Shown here in pieces: positions 1 through 8,985 of a stretch of DNA of 64,000 bases. The position numbers and the translations under genes are program-made. Every line of letters starts with the position of its first letter. Position 1 is the first letter of the stretch. The stretch is taken from positions 900,227 through 964,226 of the forward strand of contig OZ255825.1 of the NCBI GenBank assembly GCA_965277535.1, read 5' to 3'. This stretch comes from Ilyomonas sp. GTDB lineage: Bacteria; Bacteroidota; Bacteroidia; Chitinophagales; Chitinophagaceae. Under the pieces are notes generated by a model, which was not told where the DNA came from, did no database searches, and saw nothing but the letters and a program-made list of their open reading frames with translations.

Positions 1-629
1 ACATTGCACACATAAATTACCGGCTTTGCAGTCAGCAAAAATAAATCGTCAATATACTTGGCTTTGTCTTCAGCCGAAACGGCAAGGCTGCGCGCATTTT
101 TTCCCTGCTCTAAATGTTGTTTTACTTTTTGCAGTATTTCCAAACCTTGCTGGGCTTCTTTATCGCCGCCGGTACGCGCTGCTTTTTCACTTCGTGATGC
201 CTTTCTCTCAACACTATCCAAATCTTTCAACTGCAGTTCGGTATCAATAATTTCTTTGTCCCGAACCGGATTTACGCTGCCATCCACATGAATTACATTG
301 TCGTCGTCAAAACAACGAAGCACATGAATAATTGCATCGGTGCTGCGGATGTTGCCCAGAAACTGATTGCCCAAACCTTCTCCTTTGCTTGCGCCTTTTA
401 CCAAACCCGCAATGTCAACAATTTCAACAGTGGTGGGCACTACACGGGCCGGTTTTACTAATTTTTCTAATTGAATGAGGCGTTCGTCGGGAACCGTGAT
501 GACTCCAACATTCGGCTCGATGGTGCAAAACGGAAAATTGGCAGCCTGCGCTTTGGCATTGCTTAAGGCATTAAATAAAGTTGATTTTCCTACATTGGGT
601 AAACCTACAATTCCTGCTTGAAGAGACAT
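1..629 (-). CDS. ychF: Redox-regulated ATPase YchF, 5' part (runs off the window edge)
   Basis: Not in the ORF track. Manual translation from ATG at 629 gives [22 protein letters not shown]...[14 protein letters not shown]...[20 protein letters not shown], the YchF/Obg-family signature. Confidence 0.96.
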   Translation of the reverse strand, partial: MSLQAGIVGLPNVGKSTLFNALSNAKAQAANFPFCTIEPNVGVITVPDERLIQLEKLVKPARVVPTTVEIVDIAGLVKGASKGEGLGNQFLGNIRSTDAIIHVLRCFDDDNVIHVDGSVNPVRDKEIIDTELQLKDLDSVERKASRSEKAARTGGDKEAQQGLEILQKVKQHLEQGKNARSLAVSAEDKAKYIDDLFLLTAKPVIYVCN

Positions 630-633
630 AATA

Positions 634-668
634 ATGTATGATGTTAGAAGTGTGATGTACGATGTTGC
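634..668. repeat. Degenerate 7-bp tandem repeat (ATGTATG ATGTTAG AAGTGTG ATGTACG ATGTTGC)
   Basis: Five heptamer units. ATGTACG and ATGTTAG recur at 59795-59829. Confidence 0.6.
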
Positions 669-704
669 TGCTTTTGTTTTTGCAGCATTTTTTGAAAATA
701 GCAA

Positions 705-799
705 TTTGAACCACGATGGCACAAAGAGAAAAAGTTACACTAAGTTTTCTTTACTACTCTTTGTGATGCTTTGTGTTCTTTGTGTCTTTGTGGTTCAAA
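705..799. repeat. REP-like imperfect inverted repeat, family A (TTGAACCAC..CACAAAG / CTTTGTGTCTTTGTGGTTCAA)
   Basis: TTTGAACCAC at 705 pairs with GTGGTTCAAA at 790-799. Related elements at 19188, 40770 and 61418. Confidence 0.75.
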
Positions 800-827
800 C
801 ATTCCTGCGATAACATTTTTTAGCGCG

Positions 828-835
828 CAAAAGTA
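828..835 (-). promoter_or_regulatory. Candidate Bacteroidota -7 promoter element for ychF
   Basis: TACTTTTG on the minus strand matches TAnnTTTG. No clear -33 TTTG. Confidence 0.4.
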
Positions 836-970
836 GGAAACCAAATTTATCCTGTTTAGCAGTATTTTGGTTTTAAACTTGTTTAACACGATGGCAGGAA
901 AGATAGTGTGTGAAAGAGAACTGTATTTTCATTCGGGATACATGACGATGCGAAGAGGAGGAAATTAACA

Positions 971-1816
971 ATGGAAAAGAAACAAACTTCTACTGACGAA
1001 AATATAATTACAGACCAACAGGTAGATCAGTTACTTGCTGATGCGCTTGAATTGTATGGATTTGATTTTACCAATTATTCACCTGCATCAGTAAAGCGGC
1101 GCATTAACCGCTTGTTTGCAATTGACAGGTTTCCATCGTTTGCTGAATTGCGTTATCGCCTGCGCACCGATGCAGGATATGTAGATCGCTTTGTGGAAGC
1201 CATCAGCGTGAACGTAACCGAAATGTTTCGCGACCCTTCTTTTTATCAGGCTTTGCGCAACCACGTTTTACCGCAACTGGCAACGTATCCGTACATCCGC
1301 ATCTGGCACGCAGGCTGCGCTACAGGTGAAGAAGTGTATTCAATGGCAATCCTGCTGAAAGAATTGAATCTTCTTCACAAATCGTTACTGTATGCTACTG
1401 ATATAAACCAGGAAGTACTGGAAAAAGGCCGACAAGGAGTTTTTCCGCTGAACAACATGAAGCTGTATTCTGAAAATTATATTCAGGCCGGTGGCACACG
1501 GGCATTCAGCAATTATTATTCTGTTACTTACGACCGTGCTAAATTCAGCAACGAGCTAAAAAGCAAAATGGTATTTGCCATGCACAACCTCGTTTCCGAT
1601 GGTTCGTTTAACGAGTTTCAATTGATTCTTTGCCGCAATGTTTTGATTTATTTCAATAAAGAATTGCAGGATCTTGTCATCAATTTATTCAATAATAGTT
1701 TGGAAAAATTAGGTTTCTTAGCTTTGGGCACAAAAGAAACGCTTCGGTTTACCCATGTTGCGAGGCATTTTAAGCAGATTGACAGCAAAGAAAAAATATG
1801 GAGAAAGATAGTTTAG
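971..1816 (+). CDS. cheR: CheR-family protein-glutamate O-methyltransferase
   Basis: YGFDFTNYSPASVKRRI N-domain, SVNVTEMFRDP, IWHAGCATGEEVYS SAM motif, LILCRNVLIYF. Confidence 0.93.
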   Translation: MEKKQTSTDENIITDQQVDQLLADALELYGFDFTNYSPASVKRRINRLFAIDRFPSFAELRYRLRTDAGYVDRFVEAISVNVTEMFRDPSFYQALRNHVLPQLATYPYIRIWHAGCATGEEVYSMAILLKELNLLHKSLLYATDINQEVLEKGRQGVFPLNNMKLYSENYIQAGGTRAFSNYYSVTYDRAKFSNELKSKMVFAMHNLVSDGSFNEFQLILCRNVLIYFNKELQDLVINLFNNSLEKLGFLALGTKETLRFTHVARHFKQIDSKEKIWRKIV

Positions 1817-2367
1817 AGAAGCTCTTTGTGATTGGCGGCTCCAGCGGCAGCCTAACCGTTTTGCTTTCGGTTTTGCCCAAATTGCAACCTTTACAAAAAA
1901 AAGCTATTGTAGTGGTGTTGCATCGCAAAAATTCGTGGGATTCTACACTACCCGACATCTTTTCCGTTCATTCTTCATTGCAAATAAAAGAAGCTGAAGA
2001 AAAAGAAATTATTAAAGCAGGAAGCGTGTACATCGCTCCTGCCGATTATCATTTGCTGATTGAACGCGATGGAAGCTTTTCGTTGGACGTTTCTGAAAAA
2101 ATAAACTTTAGCCGTCCCAGCATTGATGTTTGCATGGAAACGATAGCAGAAGCTTATGGGAAAAAAGCAGTGGGCATTTTGTTATCCGGCGCTAATGCTG
2201 ATGGCGTAAATGGTTTGCTGAGAATAAAACATTGCGGTGGTTTTACCATTGCACAACAACCGGCTACTGCCGATGTTGATTATATGCCACGACAAGCCAT
2301 TGAAAAAGGTGCTGTTGATGCGGTGTTGACGCCTGTTGAAATTGCAGAGTTCATTAATAAAAGATAG
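1798..2367 (+). CDS. cheB: CheB-type methylesterase (catalytic domain only, no receiver)
   Basis: GGSSGS, VLHR, APADYHLL, RPSID and LSGANADG motifs carry the Ser/His/Asp triad. Overlaps cheR by 19 bp. Confidence 0.9.
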   Translation: MEKDSLEKLFVIGGSSGSLTVLLSVLPKLQPLQKKAIVVVLHRKNSWDSTLPDIFSVHSSLQIKEAEEKEIIKAGSVYIAPADYHLLIERDGSFSLDVSEKINFSRPSIDVCMETIAEAYGKKAVGILLSGANADGVNGLLRIKHCGGFTIAQQPATADVDYMPRQAIEKGAVDAVLTPVEIAEFINKR

Positions 2368-2448
2368 TTGGTAAAAAATATTTTACTGCAAAAACAAACC
2401 TTGTTTGTTAATTGATAATCGCACAGTTTCATTTCTTTCTTCAACCTC

Positions 2449-2456
2449 TATCTTTG
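2449..2456 (+). promoter_or_regulatory. Candidate -7 promoter element for the Omp85-nadK-DUF6089 genes
   Basis: TATCTTTG matches TAnnTTTG, about 30 bp upstream of the ATG. Confidence 0.45.
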
Positions 2457-2486
2457 CGCGCTACTGCTTATGAATAGTTGACAGGA

Positions 2487-3884
2487 ATGAAATGGATTGT
2501 AATACTTTTCTTTTTCGGATTTACCCTTTCTGTTTGTGCGCAGGATACGCTTCATCAATCTCAATCATCACGGTTTGTTATCGTTAATAACATTACCATT
2601 ACGGGAAATAATAAAACCAAAAACTACATCATTCTTCGCGAGTTGCCATTTATAAAAGGCGATATAATTGCGAAAGAAAACCTTCAGCAAAAACTCATTT
2701 TAGCGAAAGACCAAATCATCAACACTTCTCTTTTTTTGACGGTTGATGTAAACACCGGAAATATTGATGAAAACAAACTTGACATCAACATAAAAGTAAC
2801 GGAACGATGGTACTTTTTACCCATTCCTTATTTCCGTTTGGTGGACAGGAATTTCAATCAGTGGTGGACGGAAGAGCATCATAATTTTAATCGCGTGAAC
2901 TATGGTTTGAAGCTCATACAAAACAATGTAAGTGGACGAAACGACAATGCATATTTATGGCTGATTGATGGCTACAATCATCAGATTGCTGCGCGGTATG
3001 AAGTGCCGTTCATTGATAAAAATCTACATCACGGAATTTCTTTTGCGGCATCTTATTTAAACCAGCGTGAGTTGAATTATGCAACTTCAACCGATAACAA
3101 ACAACTATTTTACGATGGCAATTATTTTTTACGCCAGCAACTTCGCGCCGAGGTTTCTTATCTGTACCGTCCTGCCATCAAAACGAGACACAGCTTTACT
3201 TTCAGGATGGTTGATGAAAAAATCAATGATACTATTTTGCGACTTAACCCGGCTTATTTTCCTTACAGCCGTACGCACATTACGTATCCACAGATAAGTT
3301 ATACGATGCAGTATTCCAATGCCGATAATATTGTTTATCCCACCAAGGGTTTTGTGGCCGATGCCTCGTTTATAAAAAAGGGACTGGGTAAAATTATGAA
3401 CCTTTGGCAAGCCACTTATCATGCGAAATATACGATTCCTCTTTATCCAAAAACAAGCTTGCAATTGCAATCAGCAGGCTTGTTAAGTCTGCCTTTTAAG
3501 CAGCCTTTTTTTAATAAGCAGATTGTAAATTATACCGGCGATTTTTTTATACAGGGTTTGGAATATTATGTTATTGATGGAGTTGCAGCAACCATTAATC
3601 GGGCTACTTTGCGGCAAGAAATTTTTTCGTACAAAATAAAAAATCCGGTACACATAAAAAAGCTTGATGAGATACCTGTGAGGTTCTTTTTAAAAGCTTA
3701 TGGAAATGCAGCTTACGTGTATGACAATGCAAACATTTCGAGCCGATTTAATAATAAACTCATTACAACTTACGGAGTTGGTTTGGATATTGTAACCATC
3801 TATGATATTGTTATCAGGCTGGAATACAGTGGTAACGAATTAGGCAATCACAATTTATATCTTCATTCAAAAGGAGATTTCTGA
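2487..3884 (+). CDS. Omp85/BamA-TamA-like outer membrane protein with one POTRA domain
   Basis: Signal peptide, POTRA motif ITITGNNKTKNYIILREL...LINTSLF, V.ERWY barrel start, aromatic-rich strands, terminal Phe. Start set at ATG 2487. Confidence 0.75.
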   Translation: MKWIVILFFFGFTLSVCAQDTLHQSQSSRFVIVNNITITGNNKTKNYIILRELPFIKGDIIAKENLQQKLILAKDQIINTSLFLTVDVNTGNIDENKLDINIKVTERWYFLPIPYFRLVDRNFNQWWTEEHHNFNRVNYGLKLIQNNVSGRNDNAYLWLIDGYNHQIAARYEVPFIDKNLHHGISFAASYLNQRELNYATSTDNKQLFYDGNYFLRQQLRAEVSYLYRPAIKTRHSFTFRMVDEKINDTILRLNPAYFPYSRTHITYPQISYTMQYSNADNIVYPTKGFVADASFIKKGLGKIMNLWQATYHAKYTIPLYPKTSLQLQSAGLLSLPFKQPFFNKQIVNYTGDFFIQGLEYYVIDGVAATINRATLRQEIFSYKIKNPVHIKKLDEIPVRFFLKAYGNAAYVYDNANISSRFNNKLITTYGVGLDIVTIYDIVIRLEYSGNELGNHNLYLHSKGDF

Positions 3885-3942
3885 TGCGTCGCCAGTTATC
3901 TTTGATAACGAAGTAAACGCAACCAAAACAAAAACAAACGAA

Positions 3943-4815
3943 ATGAAAGTAGCTATTTATAGCCGTGGACTTGACGACAGGCAATTAATAACTTTATTGG
4001 CTTTAATAAACGAACTGCACCGGCATGGCGTTTCTATTGTAGTATCGGCTTCGCTGGCGCAACGGTATTGGGATGCGATGTCGGCAATACAAAACATACA
4101 GGTGTTTGCCAACCAATTAGACGCTGATACCGATTGTTTAATCAGCCTCGGTGGCGATGGCACTATTCTCGATGCTGTTACCATTATCGGCAATAAAAAC
4201 ATTCCTGTTCTGGGCATCAACTTTGGCAGATTGGGATTTTTAGCAGGTATCGGTAAAGATGAACTGACCATTGCGGTTGATTCGCTGGTGAACAGAAGCT
4301 TTGTAATTGACAAACGCATTTTAATTCATCTGGATGCCGACCGGCCCCTGTTTGGAAATGCACCATTTGCGCTAAACGAATTTGGCATTCACAAACGCGA
4401 CACCTCGCCTATGATTAAAATTCATACTTATTTAAACGGCGAGTTTTTAAATAGTTATTGGGCAGATGGTTTGGTGGTTTCCACACCCACCGGCTCCACT
4501 GGTTATAACATGAGCTGCAACGGGCCGATTGTATTTCCTGAGTCGAGTTCATTTTGTATTACGCCGGTTGCGCCGCACAATTTAAATATTCGCCCTATCA
4601 TTGTGCCGGACAGCAATATTGTTTCGTTTGAAGTAGAAGGCAGAACAGAAGAGTTTATCTGTACCCTGGATGCCCGCAAGGAAATTGTAGATAAGAAAAT
4701 TCAGTTGGCAGTAAAAAAAGAAAATTTCACCATCAGTCTTATTCGTTTAAATGAAAATAGTTTTCTTTCCATGCTTCGTTCCAAACTTACCTGGGGCCTG
4801 GATAAAAGAAATTAA
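3943..4815 (+). CDS. nadK: NAD kinase
   Basis: LGGDGT, GINFGRLGFL, ALNE and DGLVVSTPTGSTGY motifs. Confidence 0.95.
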   Translation: MKVAIYSRGLDDRQLITLLALINELHRHGVSIVVSASLAQRYWDAMSAIQNIQVFANQLDADTDCLISLGGDGTILDAVTIIGNKNIPVLGINFGRLGFLAGIGKDELTIAVDSLVNRSFVIDKRILIHLDADRPLFGNAPFALNEFGIHKRDTSPMIKIHTYLNGEFLNSYWADGLVVSTPTGSTGYNMSCNGPIVFPESSSFCITPVAPHNLNIRPIIVPDSNIVSFEVEGRTEEFICTLDARKEIVDKKIQLAVKKENFTISLIRLNENSFLSMLRSKLTWGLDKRN

Positions 4816-4881
4816 ACAACCATTCCACACAAGAAACAACCAAAACATTCGTTTATGAAACATCAGCCATCTTGTATTTGT

Positions 4882-5775
4882 ATGATGAAATACATTTTTC
4901 CACTTTTTGTTTTATCCATTTTTGCCATCAGTGCCAATGCGCAGAGTTTTTATGGTGGCGAGCAACGCTCGGGTGAATTTGGATTAGCCGTTGGTGCAGC
5001 CCATTATTTCGGTGATTTAAACACACGTGCGGCTCTCAACCGTCCTAAGTTTTCAGCCGGAGCGTTTTACATTAAACAGTTTAACGATTATGTCGGTTTG
5101 AAGCTGGCAGGCAATTATGCCTTTCTTGGCTACTCTGATATTTACAGTAAAAACGAAACACAACGCCGCCGCAATTTAAGTTTTAATACCAACGTTTGGG
5201 AAGTTTCTTTAAATGGGCAGTTCAACTTTTTTCATTATCGCCCGGGTGTAGAAGGTTATAATTTCACGCCTTATGTTTCGATAGGCATCGGCGCTTTTTC
5301 TTACGACCCTTATGCTTATTTAAATGGCACTAAATATTTTCTTCGCCCGTTAGGAACAGAAGGTCAGGGAAGCACAGAGTATCCCAATCGAAAGCCTTAT
5401 GGAACCGTGGCAGCCTGCTTTCCGTTGGCAGTAGGTTTTAAATTTGGATTGAATGAAAATACCAACGCATTTTTTGAAGTAGGCTATCGTTTTACAACAA
5501 CCGATTATTTGGATGATGTAAGCACCACATATCCTGGCGCACAGGCGTTTTATTATGCGGGAACTACTTCGGTAGTTGGCGTTGACGGCCAGGTAAACCC
5601 GGCTTATTTGTTATCTGACAGAAGCTATTCAACCGGCACTCCTATTGGCATCAAAGACAGGCAGCGCGGCAACAGCCAGCAAAAAGATGCGTATGCCATT
5701 GCTCAGGTTGGTGTTTCATTCAACTTAACTTCTTATAAATGCCCAACCACCAACGCTAAAAAAGGTAAGTTTTAA
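4882..5775 (+). CDS. DUF6089 / PorG-like outer membrane beta-barrel protein
   Basis: Signal peptide, GAAHYFGDLN, RRNLSF, GYRFTTTDYLDDVS and RGN...KDAY, as recalled for this family. Follows nadK. Start may be 4855, 4882 or 4885. Confidence 0.7.
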   Translation: MMKYIFPLFVLSIFAISANAQSFYGGEQRSGEFGLAVGAAHYFGDLNTRAALNRPKFSAGAFYIKQFNDYVGLKLAGNYAFLGYSDIYSKNETQRRRNLSFNTNVWEVSLNGQFNFFHYRPGVEGYNFTPYVSIGIGAFSYDPYAYLNGTKYFLRPLGTEGQGSTEYPNRKPYGTVAACFPLAVGFKFGLNENTNAFFEVGYRFTTTDYLDDVSTTYPGAQAFYYAGTTSVVGVDGQVNPAYLLSDRSYSTGTPIGIKDRQRGNSQQKDAYAIAQVGVSFNLTSYKCPTTNAKKGKF

Positions 5776-5779
5776 ACGC

Positions 5780-5839
5780 ATACGGCAAAAACAAAAGGCT
5801 CGTTGCACAGAAGCAGCGAGCCTTTTGTTTTTGCCGTAT
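5780..5839. terminator. Bidirectional intrinsic terminator, 23-bp perfect stem with GGCAAAAACAAA in each arm
   Basis: ATACGGCAAAAACAAAAGGCTCG (5780-5802) pairs with 5817-5839, between convergent genes. Confidence 0.85.
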
Positions 5840-5870
5840 TTTTTATAACGATAATTCTTACAAAATAAAA

Positions 5871-5892
5871 AAGCTGCCAATAAAAGCAGCTT
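5871..5892 (-). terminator. Intrinsic terminator for the NtrC-type gene
   Basis: AAGCTGC-N8-GCAGCTT with an adjacent A-run (U-tract on the minus strand). Confidence 0.55.
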
Positions 5893-5914
5893 CTTAAAAA
5901 TAAGATGGTAGTTG

Positions 5915-7378
5915 TTATGTATTCATCTCTTTCGATTCTTCGTAGCTTTTAATTTTATTGTACAAAGTTTTACGGTCAATTTTTAAAATCTCCGCGGCTT
6001 TTGATTTGTTATTATTCACTTCTTTCAACAAGTTCATAATGGTTTCGTACTCGGCTTTGGCAGCCGCATCTTTCAAATCAATCTCTTTTACCGGATTGGT
6101 AGCAGAACTTGTAAACGCAGGTTGCGCCGTCGTTGCATCGTGAGATGGCTTCGAAAAAATGTTGGTATTGGTAATTTCCCAGGGCAATGTTTTGGCAGAA
6201 ATTTTATTGCCTGTTGTTAGCAACACAGCCCTGCGCACCACGTTGCGAAATTCACGCAAATTACCTGGCCATGCATAATGTAAAAACATACTCATCACAT
6301 CATCCTCAAAGCCTTGTATGTTTTTATTCAGTTCGGCATTTGTTTTTTCCAAAAAGAATTGAGCAAACAGGGGAATGTCGCTTCTGCGTTGACGCAATGG
6401 TGGAAGGTTAATGGAAAACTCATTGAAACGATGATACAAATCCTCGCGGAACTTTCCTTTGTGATAAGCTTCCTGCAGGTTTTCGTTCGACGCAACAATA
6501 ATGCGAATGTCAATCTCCATTTCTTTTGTTCCGCCTACGCGTTTAAACTTTCGTTCCTGAATAACGCGAAGCAAAGTTGCCTGGATGTCCAACGACAAAT
6601 TCGCAACTTCATCCAAAAACAAAGTGCCGCCGTTTGCCATTTCAAAATGACCTTCTTTATCTGATAATGCGCCGGTAAACGCTCCTTTCACATGCCCGAA
6701 CATTTCGCTGCCAGCCAACTCTTTCGATAACGTTCCGCAGTCCATAGCAATGAAAGGTCTGTTTTTTCTTTCGCTGTATTGATGAATGGTTTTAGCAATT
6801 ACTTCCTTGCCGGTTCCGCTTTCGCCATACAAAATGATGCTATAATTGGTAGGCGCAATAATTTCTATCTGCCGGTACAGTTCCTGCGTTGATTCAGACT
6901 GACCAATAAGAAACTCTCCGTTGGTTTTAAAAACCGGCTTTTTTGAATTGGAAGGAGACTCTTTGGCCGCCACAGACGTAGTTTGCGCAGGTGCCGAATG
7001 AGACACGTGCGCATGAGGATTTTTAAACGCAGAAGCCAGCACGTTCAATACTTCAGCGGGTATCAAAGGTTTGGTGATGTAATCATAAGCACCCAGCTTT
7101 ATGACTTCAACAGCCGTCTTTATATCGGAATAGCCTGTGATGATTAAAACAATTGCCTGCGGGTTGATGATTTTCAATTCAGCAAGCACATCTCTGCCTT
7201 CTTTATCGCCCAAACGGTAATCGCAAAGCACCAAATCAAAGTGCATTTCCTTAAACTTAGCGATGCCTTTGTTTCCGGTATAAGCTACTTCAGTTTCGTA
7301 GCCTTCTTTGTTTAGAAATCTGCTTAACAATGTGCAAATGTCTATGTCATCATCAATGATTAAAATTCTCTTCTTCAT
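5915..7378 (-). CDS. Sigma-54-dependent response regulator (NtrC/AtoC family)
   Basis: Receiver (ILIIDDD..LCDYRL..DYITKP), AAA+ GESGTGKE, GAFTGA loop, LFLDEV, WPGNLRE, and a Fis-type HTH (NKSKAAEILKIDRKTLYNK). Start set at MKKRIL. Confidence 0.93.
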   Translation of the reverse strand: MKKRILIIDDDIDICTLLSRFLNKEGYETEVAYTGNKGIAKFKEMHFDLVLCDYRLGDKEGRDVLAELKIINPQAIVLIITGYSDIKTAVEVIKLGAYDYITKPLIPAEVLNVLASAFKNPHAHVSHSAPAQTTSVAAKESPSNSKKPVFKTNGEFLIGQSESTQELYRQIEIIAPTNYSIILYGESGTGKEVIAKTIHQYSERKNRPFIAMDCGTLSKELAGSEMFGHVKGAFTGALSDKEGHFEMANGGTLFLDEVANLSLDIQATLLRVIQERKFKRVGGTKEMEIDIRIIVASNENLQEAYHKGKFREDLYHRFNEFSINLPPLRQRRSDIPLFAQFFLEKTNAELNKNIQGFEDDVMSMFLHYAWPGNLREFRNVVRRAVLLTTGNKISAKTLPWEITNTNIFSKPSHDATTAQPAFTSSATNPVKEIDLKDAAAKAEYETIMNLLKEVNNNKSKAAEILKIDRKTLYNKIKSYEESKEMNT

Positions 7379-7659
7379 AAACTTGCTATGGTTTACCACC
7401 TGTTTTGTTGCTTACCGCAAATTATAGGATAAATGTAAGTGTAATTGCAAAGAACATAAGAAATATAAACAGTTATCTGGATTCGACATGTTACAAACTC
7501 TTACTGTGGAAACCGGCTGCTACAAATGTAAACAACATCTTATTACGCCCAATGTAAAAACGAACAATCTTTTTCCTTCTGCTTTTTAGCCTGCAAAGAA
7601 AAAGCACGTAAGGGGAACGCATTTTTTTAAAATGAAAAAGTTACCTTAAATCAATAATT

Positions 7660-7757
7660 AAGATACAATATTGAAGAAACAAGATTCAAGAAACGAGAAT
7701 CAAGATTCAAGGAACAAGATTCAATGTTGAAGAAACAAAAAGCAAGAAATGAGAAGC
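7660..7757. repeat. Degenerate 7-bp tandem array, 14 units (AAGAAAC/AAGATTC type)
   Basis: Strict period of 7: AAGATAC AATATTG AAGAAAC AAGATTC AAGAAAC GAGAATC AAGATTC AAGGAAC AAGATTC AATGTTG AAGAAAC AAAAAGC AAGAAAT GAGAAGC. Confidence 0.8.
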
Positions 7758-7888
7758 TGTAAATGAATACAGAAAATAGGGCAAAACCAAAGCTTTATGC
7801 AATCTGCTATTTGAAGCTGATGTATAGCAGTTTGTAATTTGCCCACCGTTTAACACCCCTTTCGTTGCTCATTCATTATCTTCACGCC

Positions 7889-8959
7889 ATGAATTTTAGT
7901 GTTCAAAAACTATTGCGCGATAACATTCGCAATCTCACTCCTTATTCTTCGGCACGTGACGAATTTACGGGCGTTGCACAGGTTAATTTAGATGCTAATG
8001 AAAACAGTTTGGGTTCGCCGCTTACCAAATGGTACAATCGTTATCCCGATCCTTACCAGCATCGGTTGAAAGAAGAAATCAGCAAAATAAAAAACATCGC
8101 TTCTAACCAAATTTTTTTAGGCAATGGCAGCGACGAATGTATTGATGTTTTGTTTCGCTGTTTTTGTACGCCGGCAAAAGACAACGTTATCATCTGCCCG
8201 CCAACCTATGGTATGTATGAAGTAAGCGCCAACATCAATGATATTGCGGTTCAAAGAGCGCCTTTACTCCCCGATTTTCAGCTTGACCTGGTGCATCTGG
8301 AAACATTGGTTGACATTCACACTAAAATCATCTGGATTTGTTCACCCAACAATCCAACCGGCAATTCAATGCAACGCGAAGACATTGAAACAGTACTTAA
8401 TAATTTTAATGGCCTGGTGGTAGTTGATGAGGCCTACATTAATTTTTCAAAACACAAATCTTTTACTCAGGAATTGCATGACTACCCGAATTTAGTGGTA
8501 CTGCAAACATTCAGCAAAGCTTGGGGTTTGGCTGGCTTGCGTTTAGGTTTGGCTTTTGCTTCGCCCGAAATTATTGGGGTGATGAACAAAGTAAAACCGC
8601 CTTACAACATCAGCGAAGCCACACAGCAACTGGCATTGCAGGCATTGCAAAATGTAGGTCAGGTAAACGATATGATTTATGAATTGGTGAACATGCGTGA
8701 AGCTTTGAAAGAAGTGCTGGAAGGCTTACCCATGGTTGAAAAAGTATATCCTTCGGATGCCAATTTTTTATTGGTAAAAACAAACGGCGCAAAAAAAGCA
8801 TATCAATTTTTGTTATCGAAAAGTATTGTGGTGAGAGACCGCAGCAATGTGCTGTTGTGTGATGATTGCCTGCGCATTACTATCGGCACTGAAGAAGAAA
8901 ACACAAAATTGGTAGATGCTTTGATAGAATATAGCGAACTCAATTTTGCACATTTATAA
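7889..8959 (+). CDS. hisC: Histidinol-phosphate aminotransferase
   Basis: LTPYSSARDEF, LDANEN, NRYPDP, GNGSDE, CSPNNPTG, DEAY, TFSKAWGLAGLRLG. ATG at 7889. Confidence 0.95.
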   Translation: MNFSVQKLLRDNIRNLTPYSSARDEFTGVAQVNLDANENSLGSPLTKWYNRYPDPYQHRLKEEISKIKNIASNQIFLGNGSDECIDVLFRCFCTPAKDNVIICPPTYGMYEVSANINDIAVQRAPLLPDFQLDLVHLETLVDIHTKIIWICSPNNPTGNSMQREDIETVLNNFNGLVVVDEAYINFSKHKSFTQELHDYPNLVVLQTFSKAWGLAGLRLGLAFASPEIIGVMNKVKPPYNISEATQQLALQALQNVGQVNDMIYELVNMREALKEVLEGLPMVEKVYPSDANFLLVKTNGAKKAYQFLLSKSIVVRDRSNVLLCDDCLRITIGTEEENTKLVDALIEYSELNFAHL

Positions 8960-8985
8960 ACATTCATTTTTAAGAACCGTATTTT

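Noticed and set aside
7660-7757. CRISPR array or other spacer array
   Set aside because: No constant 25-45 bp repeat with unique spacers anywhere in the window, and no cas genes.
7865-7888. His-containing stretch (LIHYLHA) before hisC as an attenuator leader
   Set aside because: Only two His codons, in frame with hisC, with no stop and no terminator/antiterminator.
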